NCBI RefSeq assembly: GCF_963853765.1
Contig: NC_088857.1
Span: 3,100,001-3,164,000 of the forward strand
DNA from: Magallana gigas
Taxonomy: Eukaryota
Reading direction: 5' to 3'
DNA length: 64,000 nucleotides
Shown one piece after another: positions 1-11,300 of the stretch; position 1 is the stretch's first letter; every line of letters begins with the position of its first letter. The notes under the pieces were generated by a model that had not been told where the DNA came from, did no database searches, and saw only the letters and a program-made list of their open reading frames with translations. Position numbers and translations under genes: made by a program.

Positions 1-1529
1 GTAATATGTTAATTTAAACCAATGTGAAATGATAGACTACATTATTAAGTCTGAACATGATAAATTTGTTACAGACCATTATATTGCTGACTTGAATTTG
101 CTGAACTTTGTATATATATATGAAGTGCTTTAACCATGCAGGCCTGTATCGTATTCTGTGCTTTTATGTTGATAGTGCTTTCATTTTGTTACCATAGAAA
201 CGGTGTCACGAAGTGACAATGTCCCTGTGTCCTGTACATTAGAGGAGTGCCAGTATTTTGTTTGACGTGTACACCAACCATTGCAATATTATCACCTCTT
301 ACCATGTACCACCGCCATATCAATCAATCATCTTATGTCTGTGGAAGGTCAAGACAACGGAAACCGCAATATCTAACACACTAACGGTATATTTGTTACA
401 GATTCATCCATGAGCGTTGGTTTGTTCTTGGTTTGATAGATTATGTATAGAACGGGGGACGGGTCGTGCTCCGTTGATCATTATTTGTTGATCTTTGTTA
501 GACATGCTTTTCCAGTCAATCACATGATATTGAGTTTCTACCCATCATGCACCTGTTCTGTTCTATCAGTTCTGTAATTGGGAATTTTCCATGTTCCCTA
601 AATTCCCTAAACATGATTTGTGTAAGAGATACAAATCGTTTTGTACCAGGGTCAGTGATTGGATCAGTTTTCCAATGAATACTTTCATTATGGTGTATAA
701 GATGTAATTACCCTCATCTGTAAATTTTCCACATTTACAGCATATTGTGTCACACAGGTTTTTATGACTGAATTGGGCATTGACAATTGTATCTCTATTT
801 TTGTCTTTCTTACTCACTTTAATATCAGTAAAATAATGATATGAAATGACATGTTTCTGCACAACACTGTACAAGGTTCATGTTTCTATATCTCCATGAG
901 CTGTTCAGAAACTCGCTATGTTCATATTTCTATGAGAACTGTTCAAGGGTCGGTGATATGTTCACAGGCAGCTTAACCACTGTCAATCCATTCTAGGAAT
1001 CTTCCTTTTGTATCTGTCTGAATGTTCCCACTTGCTTGGTGTATTTAATTTTATCCCTTGTATGCTGCAACACTAAAAGGTTTTCATTTCTCTCTTGTTC
1101 TGTTCTCCTTCTTATAAGACAGTGTTTGTAATTGATGTTAAATCCAGAAGTGAGTGTTCTTTTTCTAATAAGATCAGTTTTTGTTTCTAGAACCATGTGG
1201 CACTCTATATGCAGTCTTTTATTGAGCTTTTCCCTGTATATGTTTGTATTCTCACGGGGCCAAATTTTATAATTTTAATAGGTATAAAAACCATTTTGTA
1301 AAATTTGTAAAACCTCTTGGCATTTTTGATTATTTTACTGTAACACATCCTGTGTATGTTATTGCTGTTATTTTTTCTGAACTACCAATAAGGATTGTTA
1401 CTTTGTGTGTTCTGAAACCTTTCTTATTGTTATGACAATCACCAATTACTGTTCTCTTCCTCCTTCATCCGGTCATTTCTCCCACTGACTACTTGTCAGT
1501 GGTCACTGGGTTTTTTTTTGTTTTTATTT

Positions 1530-1850
1530 GGGGGGGGGGGGGTGTAGTTCTCTTGTACTAATGTCAGTGGGTGGTTCTGTTTGACCATTGTCAGTGGTTG
1601 ACAGAGTGTAAAATCTCACAGACCAATTGTGAGTGGTGGCTGGGGGGGGGGGGGGGGGGGTAGTTCTCTTGCTGACTATTTCAGTGGGGGGAGGGGGGGA
1701 GTTCTCTTGCTGACTATTTGTCAGTGGGGGGGGGGGGGGTTAGTTCTCTTGCTGACAATTTGTCAGTGGGGGGGGGGGACAGTTAGTTTTCTCGCTGACT
1801 ATTTGTCAGTGGTTGTTGTGGATTAGTTCTTTCATGAACCACTGTCAGTG
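1530..1850 (+). repeat. Degenerate minisatellite: tagttctcttgctgactatttgtcagt followed by a poly-G tract, ~5-7 copies
   Basis: Motif recurs at about 1545, 1661, 1700, 1741, 1783 and 1824. The better-conserved units contain a ctgac...gtcag inverted repeat, most followed by a long G run. Confidence 0.75.
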
Positions 1851-2325
1851 GTGTAGACCTTTCACTGCCTGGGCGGCCCATCTCCTGTGTTTTTCTGTCA
1901 GTGGTTCTCCTCAAGTGCCAGTAGTGAATGATTCGCCAGTCATCTATAAACATCAAATAATTGTCTGTACATGACCTGTTTATTTGTACAATTAATTGTA
2001 GTTACTGAATAAATACCTCAATAATAATTATATAGCAGTTGTTGTATGTAAAATTTGGAGTACTATAGTAAACGCACTTATTAACTCGGCTGAGTTACAT
2101 GAGTAGGCAAGGGAATATTTTTAGGCTCAGCTGATCGAGCCAAAATCTCAGACATCCCTGATTATCATTAACATATCTTTCCTAGAAACTCTGAATCGAC
2201 TTCAACCAAATTATGCACATAAAGTGGAGAATTGACGACTGAACACTTCAATATTCTAAGGAATGTGTGTGAGTTTCTGTCAACATTTTTGTGCAAGGAA
2301 GATTCATGTATCCAGAACAGGTGGA

Positions 2326-2400
2326 AGGGACCACAGTGGTGGTTCAAGGGACCACAGTGGTGGTTCAAGGGACCACAGTGGTGGTTCAATGGTGGTTCAA
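2326..2400. repeat. 21-bp tandem repeat (agggaccacagtggtggttca), 3 copies plus a partial
   Basis: Read directly. It explains the KGPQWWF / NHHCGPL repeats in the ORF track. Confidence 0.9.
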
Positions 2401-2478
2401 ATTCTTTGGGGCGGGGGGTGATGAAGGGGATACCAGGACATTATAAAATAGAGAGAGAACAGTTGTTAATGTGTAGAA

Positions 2479-5400
2479 AGCCTAGATTTGTACAGACAGT
2501 GTGAAGAAGCTGAACGTTTGTACAGACAGCCTAGATTTGTACAGGCAGTGTGAAGAAGCCGTACATTTGTACGGACAGCCTTGATTTGTACAGGCAGTGT
2601 GAAGAAGCCGTACATTTGTACGGACAGCCTAGATTTGAACAGGCAGTGTGAAGAAGCTGAACGTTTGTACGGACAGCCTAGATTTGTACAGGCAGTGTGA
2701 AGAAGCCGTACGTTTGTACGGACAGCCTAGATTTGTACAGGCAGTGTGAAGAAGCCGTACGTTTGTACGGACAGCCTTGATTTGTACAGGCAGTGTGAAG
2801 AAGCTGAACGTTTGTACGGACAGCCTAGATTTGTACAGGCAGTGTGAAGAAGCTGAACGTTTGTACGGACAGCCTAGATTTGTACAGGCAGTGTGAAGAA
2901 GCTGTACGTTTGTACGGACAGCCTAGATTTGTACAGGCAGTGTGAAGAAGCTGAACGTTTGTACGGATAGCCTAGATTTGTACAGGCAGTGTGAAGAAGC
3001 TGAACGTTTGTACGGACAGCCTAGATTTGTACAGGCAGTGTGAAGAAGCCGTACGTTTGTACGGACAGCCTAGATTTGTACAGGCAGTGTGAAGAAGCCG
3101 TACGTTTGTACGGACAGCCTAGATTTGTACAGGCAGTGTGAAGAAGCCGTACGTTTGTACGGACAGCCTAGATTTGTACAGGCAGTGTGAAGAAGCCGTA
3201 CGTTTGTACGGACAGCCTAGATTTGTACAGGCAGTTTGAAGAAGCTGAACGTTTGTATGGACAGCCTAGATTTGTACAGGCAGTGTGAAGAAGCCGTACG
3301 TTTGTACGGACAGCCTTGATTTGTACAGGCAGTGTGAAGAAGCCGTACGTTTGTACGGACAGCCTAGATTTGTACAGGCAGTGTGAAGAAGCTGAACGTT
3401 TGTACGGACAGCCTAGATTTGTACAGGCAGTGTGAAGAAACCGAACGTTTGTACAGACAGCCTAGATTTGTACAGGCAGTGTGAAGAAGCTGAACGTTTA
3501 TATGGACAGCTTAGATTTGTACAGGCAGTGTGAAGAAACCGAACGTTTGTACAGACAGCCTAGATTTGTACAGGCAGTTTGAAGAAGCTGAACGTTTGTA
3601 TGGACAGCCTAGATTTGTACAGGCAGTGTGAAGAAACCGAACGTTTGTACAGACAGCCTAGATTTGTACAGGCAGTGTGAAGAAGCTGTACATTTGTACG
3701 GACAGCCTTGACTTGTACAGGCAGTGTGAAGAAGCCGTACATTTGTACGGACAGCCTTGATTTGTACAGGCAGTGTGAAGAAGCTGAACGTTTGTACGGA
3801 CAGCCTAGATTTGTACAGGCAGTGTGAAGAAGCCGTACATTTGTACAGACAGCCTAGATTTGTACAGGCAGTGTGAAGAAGCTGTACATTTGTACGGATA
3901 GCCTTGATTTGTACAGGCAGTGTGAAGAAGCCGTACATTTGTACGGATAGCCTTGATTTGTACAGGCAGTGTGAAGAAGCTGTACATTTGTACGGATAGC
4001 CTTGATTTGTACAGGCAGTGTGAAGAAGCCGTACATTTGTACGGATAGCCTTGATTTGTACAGGCAGTGTGAAGAAGCTGTACATTTGTACGGATAGCCT
4101 TGATTTGTACAGGCAGTGTGAAGAAGCCGTACATTTGTACGGATAGCCTTGATTTGTACAGGCAGTGTGAAGAAGCTGTACCTTTGTACGGATAGCCTTG
4201 ATTTGTACAGGCAGTGTGAAGAAGCTGTACCTTTGTACGGACAGCCTAGATTTGTACAGGCAGTGTGAAGAAGCTGTACATTTGTACGGATAGCCTTGAT
4301 TTGTACAGGCAGTGTGAAGAAGCCGTACATTTGTACGGATAGCCTTGATTTGTACAGGCAGTGTGAAGAAGCTGTACCTTTGTACGGATAGCCTTGATTT
4401 GTACAGGCAGTGTGAAGAAGCTGTACCTTTGTACGGACAGCCTAGATTTGTACAGGCAGTGTGAAGAAGCTGTACATTTGTACGGACAGCCTAGATTTGT
4501 ACAGGCAGTGTGAAGAAGCTGAACGTTTGTACGGACAGCCTAGATTTGTACAGGCAGTGTGAAGAAACCGAACGTTTGTACAGACAGCCTAGATTTGTAC
4601 AGGCAGTGTGAAGAAGCTGAACGTTTATATGGACAGCTTAGATTTGTACAGGCAGTGTGAAGAAACCGAACGTTTGTACAGACAGCCTAGATTTGTACAG
4701 GCAGTTTGAAGAAGCTGAACGTTTGTATGGACAGCCTAGATTTGTACAGGCAGTGTGAAGAAACCGAACGTTTGTACAGACAGCCTAGATTTGTACAGGC
4801 AGTGTGAAGAAGCTGTACATTTGTACGGACAGCCTTGACTTGTACAGGCAGTGTGAAGAAGCCGTACATTTGTACGGACAGCCTTGATTTGTACAGGCAG
4901 TGTGAAGAAGCTGAACGTTTGTACGGACAGCCTAGATTTGTACAGGCAGTGTGAAGAAGCCGTACATTTGTACAGACAGCCTAGATTTGTACAGGCAGTG
5001 TGAAGAAGCTGTACATTTGTACGGATAGCCTTGATTTGTACAGGCAGTGTGAAGAAGCCGTACATTTGTACGGATAGCCTTGATTTGTACAGGCAGTGTG
5101 AAGAAGCTGTACATTTGTACGGATAGCCTTGATTTGTACAGGCAGTGTGAAGAAGCCGTACGTTTGTACGGACAGCCTAGATTTGTACAGGCAGTGTGAA
5201 GAAGCTGAACGTTTGTACGGACAGCCTTGATTTGAACAGGCAGTGTGAAGAAGCTGTACATTTGTACGGATAGCCTTGATTTGTACAGGCAGTGTGAAGA
5301 AGCCGTACGTTTGTACGGACAGCCTAGATTTGTACAGGCAGTGTGAAGAAGCTGAACGTTTGTACAGACAGCCTAGATTTGTACAGGCAGTGTGAAGAAG

Positions 5401-6250
5401 CTGAACGTTTGTACGGACAGCCTTGATTTGTACAGGCAGTGTGAAGAAGCCGTACATTTGTACAGACAGCCTAGATTTGTACAGGCAGTGTGAAGAAGCT
5501 GTACATTTGTACGGATAGCCTTGATTTGTACAGGCAGTGTGAAGAAGCCGTACATTTGTACGGAAAGCCTTGATTTGTACAGGCAGTGTGAAGAAGCTGT
5601 ACATTTGTACGGATAGCCTTGATTTGTACAGGCAGTGTGAAGAAGCCGTACGTTTGTACGGACAGCCTAGATTTGTACAGGCAGTGTGAAGAAGCTGAAC
5701 GTTTGTACGGACAGCCTTGATTTGAACAGGCAGTGTGAAGAAGCTGTACATTTGTACGGATAGCCTTGATTTGTACAGGCAGTGTGAAGAAGCCGTACGT
5801 TTGTACGGACAGCCTAGATTTGTACAGGCAGTGTGAAGAAGCTGAACGTTTGTACAGACAGCCTAGATTTGTACAGGCAGTGTGAAGAAGCTGAACGTTT
5901 GTACGGACAGCCTTGATTTGTACAGGCAGTGTGAAGAAGCTGTACATTTGTACGGACAGCCTAGATTTGTACAGGCAGTGTGAAGAAGCTGAACGTTTGT
6001 ACGGACAGCCTAGATTTGTACAGGCAGTGTGAAGAAGCTGTACATTTGTACGGATAGCCTTGATTTGTACAGGCAGTGTGAAGAAGCTGTACATTTGTAC
6101 GGATAGCCTTGATTTGTACAGGCAGTGTAAAGAAGCCGTACGTTTGTACAGACAGCCTAGATTTGTACAGGCAGTGTGAAGAAGCTGAACGTTTGTACAG
6201 ACAGCCTAGATTTGTACAGGCAGTGTGAAGAAGCTGTAAGTTTGTACGGA
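2479..6250. repeat. 49-bp satellite array, ~77 monomers, with higher-order duplications
   Basis: Consensus tttgtacaggcagtgtgaagaagctgaacgtttgtacggacagcctaga (49 nt). Diagnostic variants recur at 1127-bp (23-mer) and 490-bp (10-mer) spacing. Confidence 0.97.
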
Positions 6251-6799
6251 CCACGTCTAATCAATGACAGGAAAAATCTCCTAGAGAGCAGATGACCTCT
6301 GAAGAGTCAAAGGGATACAAATGGTGTTCATTTTTTTAAAAAGACATATAATAAAGGGACTTCATATGGAGGAGGGCCCTTAATTGGTTAATAAAGAAAT
6401 TGAAATTGAAATTATGGAGGTAATGATTTGTAAGATAAACTATAAAAAGTTTCATCAAGTCATAAACCCCAGGGGTCAGAAAAAGTCCAGTCAAATTGGG
6501 GTCAATTTTTGAAAAAAAAACTTATTATGAATATTTTCTCATCATAACATCATGAAGTGACAACTTGTTAAAGCAACGTGGAAGCAAACTGGTGCACAGA
6601 ATAGATTTGATAAAAACAAATGCGGTGAAAAAAAGTAGACGCAACATTGTATTAACGTCTATTGTAAAAATTTTCAGGATCACAGCTGTTGAGTGCGCGC
6701 TGATCGATCCTTGTCGGTGACCTTTTGTTTATTTTTGGTCACCATGGGCTGTCGTCTGCATGTCGGATTCATTTGTAGGCTTTTCACTTTCTTGTAAAT

Positions 6800-7244
6800 G
6801 CATGACGGCATCGTTTTTGAAAAAGGGAAGGGGCAGACTTAATCGAAAACTTGACAAGTAAAAAAAAATAATAATCCACCAGTCTTTCAATTCTTATCCC
6901 CATGGGTTGTGATGGGAAGGGAGTACGTACTAAAAGCAATAATCATAATTTTAAAAATGGAAATTTTCAAAAACCGAGTTGGGGAGGGTGGATTAGTGCA
7001 TATATATATAGTATCTATGTACCCAGAACTTCTATCATAATCACATGTAAATTTTCCGTACAATTTTTAACATGCTCCCATAGAAGTGGAAGGGAAGGGG
7101 GCAATTCCTTCATTATTCAATTTTCAATATGTAATTTCTTTTTTTATAAAATTCTGTTCCTTGGAAAAGTGGGGGTGGGGGGGTGGGGAGGGGGCAAGGA
7201 AGGGGGAACGCCCCCCCCCCCCTCCTCGATGCCATATACGCCTG
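6800..7244 (+). mobile_element. Degenerate copy of the CAGGCAC-terminus MITE seen at 11198
   Basis: Start ...gcatcgtttttgaaaaaggg...cttgacaagtaaaaaa and end cccccc...cgatgccatatacgcctg resemble the ends of 11198-11577. Confidence 0.6.
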
Positions 7245-7970
7245 CATCAAGAACAAACCAGCCATCTAAAGTCTAATATAAATTTAACCAATATGTTACC
7301 AAACGGTCTTTTGTAACAATGATAACATTTTTAAAAAAAATTAGTTCACTTTAAACATTAAACAATTGAAGTCTTTTAATTTCTGTGGATAAACCCAATA
7401 ACCGAGAGTCGATGTCATAAACCACTATTGAAATTTGTTTTTTTAAAGAGACCCATGGGCTGCATTACTCATCCACACATCAATGTATACTCCTGACCTT
7501 ACATTTCACCTTTAGGCACTCAAATATTTCTTTAGCTCTAAAAAAATTTTTTAACATCAAAAGGAGCTCGATGTTTAACTTAAATAATGTGGAGAAGAAA
7601 ACCTTTATAAACAAGATATATGTACTTTATTACGTTGTCTTGATATTTTGTATTTGATACTGACGGTTTAAGCTTTTCTGATAAGTTATGGCTATATTGT
7701 TGTTCAGGTGAGCGATGAGTTCCTGGTTCCATGTATGTCCCTCTTGTACCCAAAAATTTGGTTTGAGAGAATAAACTGAACTTGAGCTTGAACTTGGAAA
7801 CCATCGGGCGTGTTGTGTCCACGGATCGTCTCTAAGCTCCCAATTACGTGATCATCGCCAACAGAAGATCATACGTACATCGTTTGCACTAGTAATCCCC
7901 GTAACCCACATTTAAAAAAAAACTACCCTGGCTATATATTTATTAGAAGGCAGGAATTATTAAATTATAT

Positions 7971-7973
<3 letters not shown>

Positions 7974-8008
<35 letters not shown>
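7974..8008. repeat. (AG)n microsatellite
   Basis: About 17 AG units, read directly. Confidence 0.95.
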
Positions 8009-8013
<5 letters not shown>

Positions 8014-8313
8014 CAATTGCCGATTGCGGTCATCTACCCGGTCAGTAAATATCGATGAATCAGGTAACCCTTGTACATGTGATCGGTCAGTGGTACCCAG
8101 CCTAATCGCCCGGTTATTGATTGTAAACTTAATACATACATATTCAATGTGTACACAATAAACCGAAAGTACAAAGCCGGAAAACCAACGCAAGCGTCAA
8201 AAATAGAGCAGAACGGAACTCCAACAAAAACAAAAATAAGTGACAGATCATGTGCAGCTCTTGAACGAAAGGGAAGCCGCTTTTTAATGCATACTTGTGA
8301 ACGGGACTTTAAG

Positions 8314-11300
8314 ATGTCTTCCTCTGCTACTGTTATGTCGTCGGTGTCCGGGGGTAGTCCTGACCCCCCGGGAGGGATGGGTCACCGTGCGAGACACCAA
8401 AGGCGGGGGGCGGGGCTGGAGGCCTACTCCTGTCTGTGTGGGTCCTTTATCCTGGTCCTCGTCACTCTTCTTGTGGTCTTCGTTGTCGGAATCATCAGGT
8501 CCAGGTAGGTAACTGACCAGATAGATACTTGTATCAGAATCAGCCTGGGGGAGGGGCTCTCAGCGACTAAAACAGCTAGAATGTTGTTTGTAAACAACTA
8601 ATTACGTATCTTCGCTTACGGTCACGGTGACAGATATATATTTTCGTTAATTTTTTTTAACTATGATGGGCCGTGTATGGGGGCATGTATACATGCATAT
8701 ATATGATTAACAATAAGTGCATGGTTCTAACAATATACATATAAACGTATTATTTAATTATCAGCTGAACATTCTGATCAGCTGTTGAATACTGCTTGTT
8801 ACTGTTTACCATAATCTAACTTAACTGTTTTCATCTTTGAATAATAAAACTTGATGTAAACGAATTCTCTTATATTGTTCAATTTGTTTAGAAAATAGCA
8901 TTGTATGTGTGACAGAATTACTTCATGTGGAATATTCCGTGAGCGAGTATTCAGGCATACATAATATGTGACTATAAATAACCTGACATTTTCCCCATCA
9001 GCGATGGATTTATCGTTGACTAAGTCTCTATATTAAAGTTATAAGTAAAGGTGCTTTTTAAAAAAAAAACAACTGTCTATTCCTTTGTATTCAGCGGGCT
9101 GCGCTAGCTTTAGAGCTGACAATGAATATATAGGTCCCGTCCGTTCTGGATGAACGAAGATAGCAATCGCTGACGTTATAGAGCCAATAAAGAATGGGGA
9201 TCGATTTAATCAGGCCACTGACCCCCTCTCCTTTATGCGATGCCCTCAATCCACCCCTGATAACTAGGTGAAAGCAATACACTGGCTTTTGTTGCTGGTG
9301 GAGAGAGAGAGTATATATATAAGATCATGAAGATGACACAGGTCGAATCATACCAACACAAAACAGGGGCCGTTCTCTTGCTCTCTACCACTCAATTTAA
9401 TTCAAGGTAAATTTAGATATTTTTGATTTTGTACAATTATTTCAGGAAGTTTTAATGTCTCTCTCCTGTTTTCCTTTTATTATTTCTATAATATCAGAGA
9501 GAGAATTGTTTAATTGATATTGAGTGGAGAATACTAGTATGTTAAATGGCTGGATACGTTAATGACTTTATGTATAAAAGGAAAAATTCCTGATGCGACC
9601 CGAGTAGAATGTTTTACTTGAAACTTGGACCATCATAAGTGGTTTATTTCCGATGAATTAATGTGTGGAACCAGAGCAATTAATTAATGTCACTAATATT
9701 CAATGTGTACATTGTGAATTATTTGTATTTTACAGAAATAAACTTAGCTTTTAGTTCAATACGCTAGGTTTGTAAAATTCAAACGTCTCTTTTGAGGGTT
9801 TATCAAGGCAGAATTCTGGTATGGCTTGTACTTGGTTTATTCTGTACTCAATCTGTTTGGAATTATTTTTTTTATCTGTCAGTCAATGGAAAATGTACAT
9901 GGACGAAAACTCTAAATATGCATTATTTCGTAAGAACTTTAATGTGTAGAAATAAGAAGATATCGTGGAAATACATCGAAAAAAGAAAAAGGTCACACTT
10001 ATCATACTCTGTGTTTGACACCCCCGTACAGCATTGAGTGCACCTGTTTGGCGTCATCATACTCAGTGACCATGACCGACTAGATATCTAATGACACTAA
10101 AATATCTAAACATTGTGTAAATTTTCTTGGCTTTAAACTTTAATTCTTTTTTCAGTATGTCGGAGGACGGATACGAGATGGGAAACATGGTGTTCATGGC
10201 GCTGTGTATCGCCATCATTGTAATGCTGATCGTGACGTCACTGGCCTGTCTCTGTATGTGTCAGAAACACAGCACCAGTACCGACCCAGAGGGGGGCGTC
10301 CACACTGTAAGTGTACATAGTCGGTATGTAAATACTGTACAATGGAGGGGCGTCCACAATGTAAGATTACACAGGCAGTATGTAAATACTGTACAAAGGA
10401 GGGGCGTCCACACTGTAAGTGTACATAGGCGGTATGTAAATACTGTACAATGGAGGGGCGTCCACAATGTAAGATTACACAGGCAGTATGTAAATACTGT
10501 ACAATGGAGGGGCGTCCACACTGTAAGTGTACATAGACAGTATGTAAATACTGTACCATGGAGGGGCGTCCACACTGTAATTATTGTACATAGGGAGTAC
10601 ATAAATATAAAACTGTACACTAAAGAAGCTTTCATAATGAAAGTGTACTTCTGTAGATATCCGTATACAACTGTACAATGGAGAGGGTGTGTTCAGTTTT
10701 ATCAGATATATTTTTACATGGGAGGAAGGTCAGAAATCGTCCCTCGTGTAATATTAACGTGGGGGTGTTAGAGTAATACAGTTATAATATGTGTTTTTCA
10801 TATACATTGCGTGCATATTGAGACATCTCACAAACAGGTGCTCGTATCAATGGAGGAAATATATTATGTTCCTATCATTATCATCATAATATCGTACATA
10901 CCCCACTACTTCGATTAATTTTGATATATTGATTTATTTCATCACTTTGAATTTTATTAATTTTTTTTGGGGGGGGGGGGGGGGGGGGCAATGATTCAAA
11001 CTTTTACGATGATTCAAATACCTCATCATAAGAGCACAAGGACAAATATCATCAATATCTCGCCAAAAATAAGATGACTTTGTACCAGTATAGCACTTGA
11101 CATACAAATTTAAAAGATACTTTCTCAAAAAGGACTAAAGCACGCGTACACCATACGGCCTCTGAGTAGGCAGAGAAGAAAGGAGGATTGAAGGAGACAG
11201 GCACGGAGCATCGTTTTTGAAAGTGGGGGGGGGGGGGGCCAGACTCATCAAAAAAATCTTGACAAGCAAAAAAAAAAAAAAAAAAAAGGAAAATATTATG

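Noticed and set aside
380-460. Branch point plus acceptor (ctaac...ttacag) suggesting an exon
   Set aside because: All frames close quickly and no partner exon is identifiable.
566-1435. Short ORFs possibly from a decayed element
   Set aside because: No recognisable motif or splice-consistent model.
2479-6250. CRISPR-like regular repeat
   Set aside because: The monomers are contiguous with no unique spacers, there are no cas genes, and the context is eukaryotic. The same applies to the 45-, 54- and 25-bp arrays.
3560-6254. Many minus-strand ORFs of 60-256 aa (MYGFFTLPVQIKAIRTNVQLLHTACT...)
   Set aside because: They are translations of the 49-bp satellite. Their length depends only on the cctaga/ccttga variant that creates or removes a stop.
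7445-7750. Two opposed, degenerate HINE-like heads (aagagacccatggg... and reverse-strand caagaggg...catcgctcacctga)
   Set aside because: Too degenerate to define an element or a real inverted repeat.
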